Of a DNA stretch of 64,000 nucleotides, positions 47,176-64,000 are shown one piece after another; position 1 is the first letter of the stretch, and each line of letters opens with the position of its first letter. The stretch comes from the human T2T-CHM13v2.0 reference genome, Homo sapiens: assembly GCF_009914755.1 (NCBI RefSeq), contig NC_060927.1; one strand, written 5' to 3'. The position numbers and the translations under genes were made by a program. The notes under the pieces were generated by a model. It was not told the origin of the DNA and made no database searches. It saw nothing but the letters and a program-made list of their open reading frames with translations.

Positions 47176-48519
47176 GTCATGAAGGGATTTCAGACCAATG
47201 GTCTGTATTTGAGGAAAGAAATCAAAGTTTAAAGGAAGATACAAGAAAGCTAAGTATGCTTCCCATTTTCTATTATTTGGACAATATTGGTGTCCACATA
47301 GGGTAGGACTATGACATATATGTGTGTGTGTGTATATATAAAATATATGCATGTGTATGTACACATACACTTGTAATTTTCATATTAAAACAGAAAAATG
47401 TATTTTGCCCAAGCCAAAATTTTCACTATTAGAGACTTAAAAAAAAAAAAAAAAAGAGGAGCTTTATTTGTCTTGCAATACAATTAAGAGTATGGAACTA
47501 GAATGTGTTCTAAAGTGATCATTATATAAGCATAATAATAATCATTAATGAGTATTTATAATTGTCTATGTGGCACCTACTAGAAGCTACGAGTTTGAAC
47601 ACTATGTTGTTTTTAGACAAAATCTATGCTGCTAGTGATGAAAGGGAAATAGTTGTAAGGTGAAAATAAAACTGTAAATTAGGTCTTCCAGATTTCTTTC
47701 TGCTCTACACTCATCTTGAATCACTAGTTGTGCCTTTTGATATCAAAAGAAGGATGTAGAGAGTGACTGAAGAATAATATCTGGGACTACTTTGCAATTG
47801 CAAAAGTAAATAGAAAGATAAAATATTAAAAGAGGAGCAGCATAAATAACATTAACAAAGAGATAATCAAGAAATTACAACAGGAGGAGAATATCTTAAG
47901 GTTACAAACCTTATCTTAAAAAAACAAAGTGACAAAAATTTAAAACTGACACAGAAAATCATGGTGGAATCAAGCTGTATTTTGAAAGTGAACTGTATAA
48001 AATATTGTCATCACAAGAAATTCCCTTAACCCTAAGATGAAGTAAAAAAAAAAAAAAGTGTTGATGGTTTTAGAATAATTTGCTGTAGACGATTACAGTT
48101 TATTTAATGAAATGAATGTGTTGAATATTTAAGCCACTTTATTGAAATCTATAATCAATATTTAGTTAGATTCCACTCACTTTTATAGACTTAAAGAACT
48201 ACAAGAAATCACCTGTTCCCTGTCCCACCCCACTATTATAATGGTTCCTATATATCTGAGGGTACTGTCAAACTTTAGCAAAAAAAAAAAAAAAAAAAAA
48301 GAAAGAAAGAAAGAAAGAAAAATACTATAAGGAAAAGCAGAGGAACCTTTAGGAGACATGGTCCTTATATTTCAGATATGTATTTCAGTAGCTTTGAGAG
48401 TCATTTATCCATTTCTTTTCCATCAACAGATATTTCTTGAGTGCCGTGTATGTTTGAGGTCTTGTTCTTGTCAGCAAGTAATGGACAGAGCCCTTCCATT
48501 GTGGGGCTCACAAGAGCCA

Positions 48520-48735
48520 AGTGAACCAAGTCAGATTGCCTTGGTTAGCATTCTGGTACTGCCACTTCTAGCTGTGTTGTATTTGGCAAGCTGCTTAACT
48601 TTCCTGAATCTCAGTGTCTGCATCTGTAAAATGGGACCACCAACACCCACCTCAGAGAGTTGTCGGAAGGGATCAGGGAAACTATGTTTGTGAAGCACTC
48701 AGCCCAACGCCTGGCTCAGTATCAAAATTCAGTAA
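48520..48735 (+). mobile_element. MIR
   Basis: CTTAACTTTCCTGAATCTCAGTGTCTGCATCTGTAAAATGGG core. Confidence 0.7.
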
Positions 48736-50131
48736 GCAATAAAGTCAGCTGTATTTGTAATGAAGAACTCTCAGTTCACCTCTCCAATTTTATCACATGG
48801 AGGGCAGTCACTTGATAGCAGAAACAAAAGCAAAAACTGCTCTCTGGATCCCACATCTTTCCATTGTTGAGAAACAATTGGGTTATTCTGTTAACATATC
48901 TGTGTCACTCAGACTTCCAATTCTGTGAGTTTCAGGCTTTATAAAAACTGGCTGCTCTATTTCTGTTTATTTCATTGGGGGTTTCCTGATACACCCTCTA
49001 GGTAGGAAATTTGCTCACCGTTTCTGTATCATGGAGGACATAAATGGGGAGGGAGGGGCTGGTCACGGCATGCCCCACAGGTAGACAAAGCAAACTCCCT
49101 CCTGCCCCAGGTACCCAGGAAAGGAGGAATGTGTCCCAGCATGTACAAAAATGCTGAGAAGTATGCACCTGCCACGTGCTAGGAGGACCTTCCCAGGGGC
49201 ATGAAAGACCCAGGGAAAGCCTTGGACAAAAAGGGTCAAACTGTCTTTTTAAATCTTGATGAATTGAAGGTAGATGCCACCTAAAGGCTTCACAATAGGC
49301 CAGGACAGGAAAGACATCAGGAGAGGCTTGGCTTTTTAATGGCAACTCATAGTACCTATAGGTTAATCATTTAACTGCAAATTCGCCTGGAAATGACTAA
49401 ATTTGAGACAGTCACAGCTGCAGTGTATGACTATACATCAGTGACTCACACGGTGGGGGATCCCTCTGCTATTATTACGTGAAGCCAAACAAAATCACTA
49501 TATTATTGATTTATTCTTTTTTCATTTTGAAAGATTACACATGATACATATACTGTTAGTACCTTCTGGAATTTCACAGAATTATAGGCTTCTATAAAGC
49601 CCAATTGATCTACCTTCTTTCCATCAAATGTTTATGTGACTGAGACAAAGTCTCTGCCCTCAAGGAGGGTACAGGCTGTCGAAGTGACAGTCATACAACA
49701 AATACGCAGTTAACACCAACAGTGCCAGCTGGCATAAACTAAGCGCTCAGCTGGAGCACTAAGATGTTGCATCTATTATCTTATGGCGTCTTCCCAACAA
49801 CCACATGGGGCAGTACTATTTTAGTCTCACTATGCAGAAGAGAAAACTGAGGCTCAGAGAGGTTAAAGTAAATTGACCAAGGTCACACAGCGAAATAGGG
49901 GCAGATATTGATACTTAAATACTGCCAGGCTCCAAGATCCTCAATGTATAACCACAGCATGTCATCCTGCCTTTCTTATCTGGGAAGAGTGCTATATGGG
50001 TATCTGTTATGTTTTTAACAAAAAAAAAAAAAAAAGAAAAAGAGAAAAAAAGAGTAATTCTTATTTCTTCCTCAAATAAAAAAGAAAGCAATTACAGCAG
50101 CCATTTGCGGGATAGGACTGAGTCCCCCCCC

Positions 50132-50469
50132 TTTTTTTTTTGTATGAGATAGGGTCTTGGTCTGTCACCTAAGCTGGAGTACAGTGGCATGATCACGGCT
50201 CACTGCAGCAGCCTCGACTTCTCGGGCTCGCGATCCTCTGATCTCGACCTTCTGAGTAGCTGGGACAACAGGTACATGCTACCACACCTGACTATATTTC
50301 TGTTTATTTCATTGGGGGTATTTCACTGGAGGCTAATTTTTTAATTTCTTGTAGAGATGGGGTCTTCCTGTGTTGCCCAGGCTGGTCTTGAACTCCTGGG
50401 CTCAAGGAATCCTTCCGCCTTGGCTTCCTAAAGTGCTGGGATTATAGGCATGAGCCACCATGCCCAGCC
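50132..50469 (-). mobile_element. AluJ carrying a ~36-bp non-Alu insertion
   Basis: Reverse Alu with foreign sequence at 50295-50330. Confidence 0.85.
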
Positions 50470-50490
50470 TGAGTCCCTTTAATTTTTCTT

Positions 50491-50733
50491 AGTGATTCTC
50501 AACCTGTGGTGATTTTTGCACCCCTCCCACTCCTCCCAACCATCAACCTCAGGACATGTGGTGATGCTTGGAGACATTTTTGGTTAACACACTGGAGGGG
50601 AGGATGCTACTAGCATCTAGAGAGTAGAGACCAGGGATGCTGCCAACATCTTACAGTGCACAGAATATGATGCCCCCACAACAGAGAACTATATGGCCCT
50701 AAATGTCTATGGTGCTGAGATTGGGAAACCCTG
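50491..50733. mobile_element. MER20
   Basis: AGTGATTCTCAACC...GGAGACATTTTTGGTT...GTAGAGACCAGGGATGCTGC...GGGAAACCCTG. Confidence 0.75.
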
Positions 50734-50949
50734 ACTTACAGGATAATATTTGGTGATATAACTAGGCTTTGGTAGGTGAAATGTGCTGATGAAGGATATA
50801 ACAATTTTTACTCTGAAACAATTAATTCTGGAGTTCTATTTCTTTCAACTATGCCTGTTCACATTGCTTTACATATGCAAATGCTACCCACTAGAGGGGC
50901 TTACAATTGACCAGACTAGAAGAGTCAGCTGTGCTGAACTAAAATCTCA

Positions 50950-51378
<429 letters not shown>

Positions 51379-51907
51379 TCAGAAAAGTTTAGACAAAGAA
51401 GTTCTGGGTATTGGGAAATGTATAACGTAAAAACGAGAACACCTAAAAGGATGTCATCACACCCAAGTTTCCTCTGTGGCCGAATCTCTAACCTTCCAGA
51501 GCTGATGTAATGACATCCTGTTAAGACTCTCGTTAGCGTGCTCACTGATGTATTTGATGCCACCAGGGCTGAGCTACTGCTCTGGGCACCTGTATAACTA
51601 TTATGGATATTTACAACTGGTATCCCTTCTTGTGGTTTTGTACCTAGTCTGGTTTTTAAATATTTTCAATAAAATACCTAATTTTGAATACATTCTTTCT
51701 TTCCAGATATATTGGCAGGTACTTGATGGCAGGGATTGTGGTTTTTTCCTTAAATGAGACAAAGAATATAAAGCACTCATTTAGGGCCCCTGTAAATGCA
51801 TTGGGCTTAATACATTTTTTTTGGTGGAGGGGAGCATAAAATCAGGTACATGGCACTCTATGGTTAGAAATGTAAAGATAGATGAATTTAACAACTTTAG
51901 CTTATCA

Positions 51908-52300
<393 letters not shown>

Positions 52301-52488
52301 ATAAATATTTACTGTTTATGCCTCTTCATAGAACTATTTTTTACAGTGCTTTATGTACTAATTGCTTTTCTCTGCATTCAGACTAGTCAATCCTATTTAT
52401 GAGCTATCTTTCATTTTTCTTCATGTGCCAACAGTTCAACCATGTGGTAAATGCTTAGACATGTAAAGGAATCGAAAAAACAATGGAC

Positions 52489-52881
<393 letters not shown>

Positions 52882-52887
52882 CTACAG

Positions 52888-53459
<572 letters not shown>

Positions 53460-53826
53460 TTCTCCTGGTTTTCTAACATGCCTATCTCCTTCCCATCGGC
53501 ATACCCTGTTCTTTGATGAGAACAAGCCATACTGTTCTTTATGAGCTTTCTGCCCTTCGGGTCTCAGGTTAAACATCACCTTCCTCAGAGAGGCTTTCCC
53601 TGAACACAACAAATGTCCCCTCCCTGCATCCCATTACTGTCCCCCATCTCATTTGTTTCCATCAAAGATAATTACAAATTTATGTCTTTATTTCTTTGCT
53701 TACTTGTTTCTCACCAACCATCCCTCCAAAGACTTCAAAGGAAACAAATACAGTGTGACAGAAACTACTGATCTCCCCTAGGATCTATTTTTCCTTATTT
53801 TTAGTAATAGAACATCTTGAGTTATG

Positions 53827-54158
<332 letters not shown>

Positions 54159-55691
54159 CTAGAGACAATACCACCCAGCTGCCCTTGCACTCAGAGTTGG
54201 TACTTTCCAAATGACAGAGGAGCCTGCCTAGGCCTCCCTCTTTCCATCTTCTTCACCAATACCTAACCAATTTTCTAAAAGTTCCATGTTTTACGAGAAC
54301 TGCTTAAAATTCTAATTGCGATCAACTATGGGAGGGGAAGAGAAAGACCATGCTGTACAATACACTTTCTATAAATAAAAGTATGGTGTGGAGGGGAAAA
54401 TAACCCACTCAGTGAAATAACTCACTAACTCATTGGGTCCTCACAATGATCTGTGAGGTGGACAGCAGACAAGAGTTATCTCAATTTGATAGCTGAAAAA
54501 AATGAAGGCCCAGAAAGTTGAGTGACAGCTCTGAGTCAGCCAGCTGGTAAGTGGAAATGCAGAACTGGTTCTTATTTCAAATCCATGCTGTAGGATGGGA
54601 GTTCTCCTCCCACTGACTCTGCAGAAGGTTTTAACAATCAGATTGATTACTGGTGTGGTTAAAGCTTAGATACACACTTTGTAAACAGGATGGACCAGTC
54701 TCTGGTTGACATTCTAAAATCCAATTATTTTCTTCCATACCATGCTTTATTTGGCATTAATGTAGAAAGAGAACAACCCATGTTCTCTTCTCCTACAGTT
54801 AATCTCATCTAGAATTTCAGCAGTGTCAGAAGTAGCTTCTAATCTAGGTCCAAGGTGGTATGGTCATGGTGGAAAGAAGAGCTTAGAAATGCTCAAGATA
54901 GCTATGCTTAAAGAAATAACCAAGTCGCTGTCTTTAAATAAAATAACCTTGTAGTTGTATGAGAAGAAAACAGGAAGACTTTTGTGCTTGTTACTTAATT
55001 CATTTGGCTTTAGGGATTTGGGAATTCCAATATATATAGAGACAGAAACAGAAAGCTAAGAGACTTTTCCCACCTTCACATGCCCTGTGGTGATGAAGTT
55101 CACCTCAAGTCTTTCTTGGCATGATATAAGGCAAAAAGATACTTATCTTGAAAAGCATTTTGTCCCACTATGGACACCTCGACAGTATGTCATTTTATCT
55201 CTGCCATCTGACAGGCTCTGGTTTTCCAGGGGAAGTATTTGCCGAAGGGATACAAATCTGTCATGACATAGACTAATACTTGGCTCAGTCTCTGACCCAC
55301 TGTCTGCTTCTTTATGAAGAACAGACATTTTTCCTTGAAATACTGAACAATAAATACTTAGAAGGAACACAAGGCTGCTTTTTTTTTTTTCTTTAAGTGA
55401 AACTTCATCAGTCTCTAAGTCCAAATGTCTTACCATTTGGAATTCAGTTGAGTTCTGGTACGTTTTCACATTCTCTAAGAGTTTGCAATGACATATTCAT
55501 ACACAAAGGGAGGATTAAAAAGTAAAGCTGCTTATTGTCTTAATTTTTAATACCCTGAATGTTTGTGGTTTGTAATTTTGGATTAAAAATTTTTCCTTTA
55601 ATTTGCGTCACACCTTCAGGCATGATGCTTAATGAATTAGGAGGTGAAAGAAGTGCTCACACATCTCCGAAAACAGAAAATTTGAGGGTGG

Positions 55692-56015
55692 AGGCCGGGT
55701 GTAGTGGCACACATCTCTATTCCCAGAACTTTGGGAGGCTCAGGCAGGTGGATCACCTGAGGTCAGGAGTTCGAGACCAGCCTGACCAACATGGTGAAAC
55801 TCCATCTCTGCTAAAAATACAAAATTAGCCAGGCATGGTGGCGCATGCCTGTAATCCCAGCTACTTGGGAGGCTGAGGCAGGAGAATTGCTTGAACCCGG
55901 GAAGCAGGGGTTGCAGTGAGCTGAGCTGAGCTCGTGCCATTGCACTCCAGCCGGGGCAACAAGAGTGACTGAAATGCCATCTCGAAAAAAAAAAAAAAAA
56001 AAAAAAAGAAAGAAA
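55692..56015 (+). mobile_element. AluS
   Basis: Alu consensus; AGAAAATTTGAG(G/A)GTGGA TSD. Confidence 0.88.
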
Positions 56016-56942
56016 ATTTGAGAGTGGATTCTTAGTACACTAAAGCTGTGGGCTTGTAGCAATGTTGTGTCCCTCTCTAACCAGTGATCCAAGAATATTT
56101 CCCATACTCTTTTATTGTCTGTCTTCTCACTACTACTAATGATGATGGCGTATCAGCTATGGTGCTAAATTTGTCCTCTAGGTCTTACAACCACCCTACA
56201 CAGTTGGTGGCAATACCCTTGTGCAGATGAGAAAACCACTTTTAAAGAGAGATTAAACAACATGCTCAAGGTGGCACAGTAAATAGACACCAGGGGCAGA
56301 GGTTGGGATGTCTCCCAAACTCTTTCCCTGCATCACTGTACTACACTACACACTGGTTGAAAACAACTTGTTGGCACCCCAGACTGGCAAAAAAAAGCCA
56401 TATAAATAAAAGACTTGAAGAGCATCTGCTGGATGCCCTGGGAGGTCAAACAAATACCTCCCTGCCCTTAACATTCACAGGTGATAACTGATACAGAAAG
56501 GTCTGAAGGTCACTGCTGGGAGATCTTGGAACAACTCCTTTTCAAAACAGCCTTTCGGCATCAGTTTTCTTATTCTTAGTACTTATTCTCAGTAAATTTC
56601 CCTTCTTCTGGCCTGCTTTTAAGCCACATAATTGTAACAAGACGGGATGTGGCTCAAGAGGCTGAGCACCTTAAGGCCTCTCATTATAGCCTTTGTTTCA
56701 TTACAGTTTGCCAATTTGACCTTCATTCCTGCTGGTCCATTGGTAAACTTGCAGCCTGCACAGGTCCACACAAACAGCTGAAGCATGATCCTCCTTTAAT
56801 AGAAGGCTGTGCTCATGGTCCTTTAAATTATGCATTCTTTCATTTGTGCAAACTAGGCCAGGAGAGGGACTTGTAAAACAGCCTCAATCCTTACATTGTC
56901 TGGACATAAAAAATAAATATATGGAAGCAAAATCCATTGTCA

Positions 56943-57647
<705 letters not shown>

Positions 57648-58614
57648 TCACTACTGTTTTGGGACAAAGCCTGGTTGCTGTTAGCAGATGCATTTACATT
57701 CTGCTGGAAGCTCAATCTTATCAAGCCACATTAGCTAATAAATTACTTGTGAGTTGTCCTAATATTTTACATGGAAGATTCAGAAAAACCAGTAAGACTC
57801 CTGAGTGTTATTTCTTAAGTAAAATTCAGAAGAGAAATAAGTTAGCAAAAAAATCTCAATACAAGTGAGGTCTACCTTAAGAAAACATGATAGACAGCAT
57901 TTTGGTCTTGCAAAATAGATAAACTAGGGTAAGGTATTTGTTTGACTGGGTTTTTTTATTATGCTCTGCAAACTCTCTCCACTCCTACAAATGGAAACAA
58001 GTATGATGTCCATCAAAAGTGAAGTGGTTAAATAAATTATGTATTTCCACATCATGAAGCACTAGGCAGCTTTAAAAAAGTGAAAAGAAATCGGTTTATA
58101 AGTGAGCTAGAGAAATATGGCAAGGTATGAAACACTGTATATATTAGATTTCTCTGTCTTTGTAAATGCTTAGAATATACACTGACAAAATCTAAATGAA
58201 CTGGTACCATTTTTTTAACAGTTGCTGGTTGTCATGGAGGAAAAATGGGGATTGCAGAAGACTTCTTCCCCTAAAGCATTTTTTTGTAGTGTTTGCTGCC
58301 ATTTTTTCTTCCTTGCCCTCATGAGTATTTCTTACTCTGGGTAAAAAAAAAAAAAAAAGCTAACAATAAATAAAATTGATTTTAAAAAATATTTGAAAAA
58401 ATTGGGTATCCTTCATTTCTAATATTATTGATTAGAAATTAGGTTTTAGAAGTCAATTTTGAAATATAAGCAGGAACAATAGTACTTATACTCCTCCTGG
58501 AAATTAATTAAGTATTCCTTAAATTGATCTTGGTCACAGAGCTTATAGAATAAAAATGTTAACAGTATGATTACAAACATGCTCTCTCATTGTCCTCTAC
58601 TGCTTGTTGAATGA

Positions 58615-58949
<335 letters not shown>

Positions 58950-59548
58950 TTATCAATAATTTCTAGTAAGAAGCCTCAACGCCCTACTAGCCTGATCCAG
59001 GAAAGCTGGATCAGTATTGGAGGTGGGTGGCAGAGGGGATATGGCTTTCCCTAATCTACCCTTTTGTGTTATCTGTGTCAGTTTCACAACCATAAAATGG
59101 GGAAAAGAGGGGGTTTTATTTATTTTCATAACTCATAGAAGACTGTGTGCAATGATTCAAGCTGCATGGACACTTAGAAGATGAAGAGTACGTATGATTA
59201 TAGGGCTGTTTTATAAAGAGATTGGCTGTTTTTCTAACACACATGAAAGCAAGAGACAGATGGAAATTACAGGAGTTATTTAAGGCTGTGATGTCAGGTT
59301 GTGATAATGCAGGTAGCTGACCATGGTCTGTTATTAGAGGCCATTGTTTTACTCCTGTGCTTTCAGTGATGGCAGGATGGCACAGGGAGAGTGGCAAAAC
59401 CAACCAGGGCAGCATGAGTCAGTCTTGATGTCACTGTCATACCAAAGGAAGCCAAGAGCAGCTGCATGGTGATCTATATGGATTCTTCAACTCTAATATG
59501 GGCAAAAACGTGTTGTACACTTGAGCTTGGATCAAGAGAAGCAGATTC

Positions 59549-60181
<633 letters not shown>

Positions 60182-60250
60182 TAGTAAAATTTTAAATGGA
60201 CATTAATGTTAGTTATTTAACCCTGGAAATCCAAATCTGATAGATTGTGA

Positions 60251-60577
<327 letters not shown>

Positions 60578-60833
60578 TGTGACCCTTTAATAAATAGCAC
60601 ACAACTGATTTTTCTCTACAAAAAGCAGACATGTTCACTGCAGAAAATGGTGAAACAGAGATAATAGCAGCAGAAGAAAGAAGACTTATACCTGCATCAT
60701 TGAGAGATCACTAGCACCAAAACTTTTGGGTCATGTCTTTATTATTCATTTATATGTCTACCATCCAATTCAAATATGTATATGCATAAATGTACATATA
60801 AAATTTATAAAATAAATGGCATCATCCTGTTCA

Positions 60834-61337
<504 letters not shown>

Positions 61338-61417
61338 CTAGAAGATGAAAAAGCATGAGAACCAAGACCTAGCTGTTAACTCTTCTAGAAGTGAATAAAA
61401 TTTACCAATTTCACCTC

Positions 61418-61716
61418 TTTTTTTTTTTTTTTTTTTTTGAGACGGAGTCTCATTCTGTCACCAGGCTGGAGTGCAGTGGCATGATCTCGGCTCACTGCAA
61501 TCTCTGCCTCTGGGTTTGAGCAATTCCCCTGCCTCAGCCTCCCTAGCAGCTGGGATTACAGGTGTGCACCACCATGCCTGGCTAAATTTTTTGTATTTTA
61601 GTAGAGACGGGGTTTCACTATGTTGGCTAGGATGGTCTTGATCTCCTGACCTCATGATCCACCCACCTCAGCCTCCCAAAGTGCTGGGATTATAGGTGTG
61701 AGCCACCACACCTGGC
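61418..61716 (-). mobile_element. AluSc-like element
   Basis: Reverse Alu; CAATTTCACCTCTT TSD. Confidence 0.9.
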
Positions 61717-62319
61717 AATTTCACCTCTTAACAAGTATCAGCAAGTCAAAATAAAGCTGTCTTGATAAACAAAACATTTAAAAACCTAACTTGTTATTAA
61801 AACACCTACTTGGAGTTTCTTCAAATAAAATCTTTAAGTTGAAATAGTCCAGGACTGTTAATACCATCAAAAAGAGTAAAGCATTACTGTTTTGATTAAA
61901 CAGTTGGAGAAAATAAATAAAATGTAAGTAATTCAACTAAGAATTAATCCAGTAAAAAGCCAGTTATCCATTAAAAAAAAAAAAGCTCTTTGCCTCTTAA
62001 TTAGTAACCAGTTATAAAAGGTTGGGGACGTTTCCAAAGAATTACAAAGATGAGAAAAGTGGTTCCAATTCCTGATGTTTATAAAACAATTAACAATGAA
62101 CATGGGAATATCGAAAACCCTTTTGGAGAACTGTACAATTCAATGACAGGATGTTTGAATAATTGGTTTGAGGTACATACGGGGAGGTGAGTAATATTGT
62201 TTTCATAAATTTATCTTTTATGTTTTGCCAAAGCAAAGAATATACTGACACAGGAAAAGGAAAATTTAGGCTTAGACAGATACCTATATGCACACCAGAG
62301 TCAGTAGAAATTAAAGTTA

Positions 62320-62719
<400 letters not shown>

Positions 62720-62804
62720 TTATCATAACATGAAAAGTCAATCAAGAACTGATCAATTATAAAATTATTTCTCTTCCAAACAAGATATCCTTAACACTTT
62801 CATC

Positions 62805-62916
62805 TCATCATCTCAAAATATGTCAATCTCTCCCTGCTTATAAACATCTGAAAATACTTTTCATCATCTCAAAATATTTGTCAATCTCTCCCTGCTTATA
62901 AAACATCTGAAAATAC
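62805..62916. repeat. ~56-bp tandem duplication of non-repeat sequence
   Basis: TCATCATCTCAAAATAT(TT)GTCAATCTCTCCCTGCTTATAAA(A)CATCTGAAAATAC at 62805-62857 and 62861-62916. Confidence 0.9.
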
Positions 62917-63309
62917 AGTGTATGTAATACACTGATTAAAACATGGTATTGCAAATCCTGTAAAAATTTCAGAATTTTATGAAGCTGTTGAAATAACGCT
63001 GGAGACTGCATAATTTTCAAACAAAAGCACTCTCAAATGAAGATCTGGTAGTGCTAGAAAGGTGACCAACTGGAAAAAAGACCAATCAGCAAGCAGAGGT
63101 GTTTCGAAAGAGAATGATCTGAACATTTTAGGATGAAGAGAGGTCTTGGAAAAACATTTTAACGTAGCAAGTATTTTGCAAAAATAATGTACTTTATAAT
63201 TTGCTACAAAAGGCAAGATATAATCAGCCTTTTATATAGTATGAAAAAAGCTGGTATTGTGCAATAACTCTCAATCATCACGAAAGCTTTGTCATGTAAA
63301 ATTACTTAC

Positions 63310-63367
63310 CTTTACTGCATAATAATGGACACCGTAAGTCGGTAGAGCTTCTACTATTTTCATATAC
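63310..63367 (-). CDS. FRMD4B: FRMD4B coding exon, first in window (58 nt; ...YMKIVEALPTYGVHYYAVK), FERM F2/F3 junction
   Basis: TAG|G acceptor and AAG|GTAAG donor. Typical FERM 'LPTYGVHYY' motif. Ends in phase 0, matching the next exon. Confidence 0.93.
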
Positions 63368-63868
63368 CTATGGAAAATAAATATGTATCACAATCTTATT
63401 AAAATAGTTAGAGGTCCCTTTTGGGAAAAGTGATTTAAAGAAACACCACGTTTCTACTTTCCTTATTATAAGAATAATTAATATGTTTCACTCAAGTAGA
63501 AACAGAATAAACCATTTTGGGGAGTAATATATTTTAGCTTATCCAAATGTCAGGAAAATGCTAATAGAACCTCAATTTCATAAAGCTATAGAAAATGTTA
63601 CTTTCCACACATTCAAATGTTTATGGATTAGGAATGTACCATATTATAAACTCCATTTGCAAGTATTTTTTAAAGTAAGCCCCTAATGATGCAAGCTATG
63701 GGCACCAACTTTTGGGTCATACTCATAAGTTAAACAATAAAGCTATGCCATATATTGCTTGTGGTAGAGGTTAAATAACTAGAAACATCTGTCAAAACTC
63801 CTAGAAATATATACTTTAAAACTATGAATTATGGTATGTAAACCTGACTTAAAAAATATGTCCCCCCA

Positions 63869-64000
63869 GGCTGGGCGCGGTGGCTCACGCCTGTAATCCC
63901 AGCACTTTGGGAGGCCGAGGCGGGTGAATCACCTGAGGTCAGGAGTTCAAGACCAGCCTGGCCAACATGCTGAAACCCCATCTCTACTAAAAATACAAAA
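63869..64000 (+). mobile_element. AluS left arm, cut by the window edge
   Basis: Alu consensus. Confidence 0.9.

Noticed and set aside
58992-59014. 9-bp hairpin CTGATCCAG-GAAAG-CTGGATCAG (also 7-bp arms at 44696-44710 and an 11-bp imperfect stem at 7229-7254)
   Set aside because: Stems this short are expected by chance in 64 kb and have no supporting context.

Overview
Human genomic DNA (it carries a human-specific AluYb8) containing the 3' two-thirds of FRMD4B (FERM domain containing 4B / GRSP1) on the minus strand. I traced 14 coding exons from 63367 down to the TGA stop at 16832. All have GT-AG boundaries and compatible phases, totalling 2374 nt (790 codons plus the stop and one split-codon base). 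They encode the end of the FERM domain, the coiled-coil/CUPID cytohesin-binding region and a Ser/Tyr-rich tail ending -GTLV. The 5' exons lie beyond the right edge. A 3'UTR with several candidate poly(A) signals runs down to about 13.7-15.2 kb. Positions 1-13.7 kb look intergenic. The rest is about 55 Alus plus MIR, L2, L1, MaLR and hAT (MER) relics; most of the remaining ORFs are Alu/L1 or chance frames. I found no new multi-gene system. The best leads are: a candidate internal promoter/first exon at about 45.4-46.0 kb that could give a FERM-truncated isoform; an in-frame 87-nt FERM exon tightly bracketed by inverted Alus; a templated insertion inside an Alu; an unexplained 60-bp direct repeat bracketing two exons; and an extended miR-124 site. 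Repeat subfamilies and repeat boundaries were judged by eye and are approximate.
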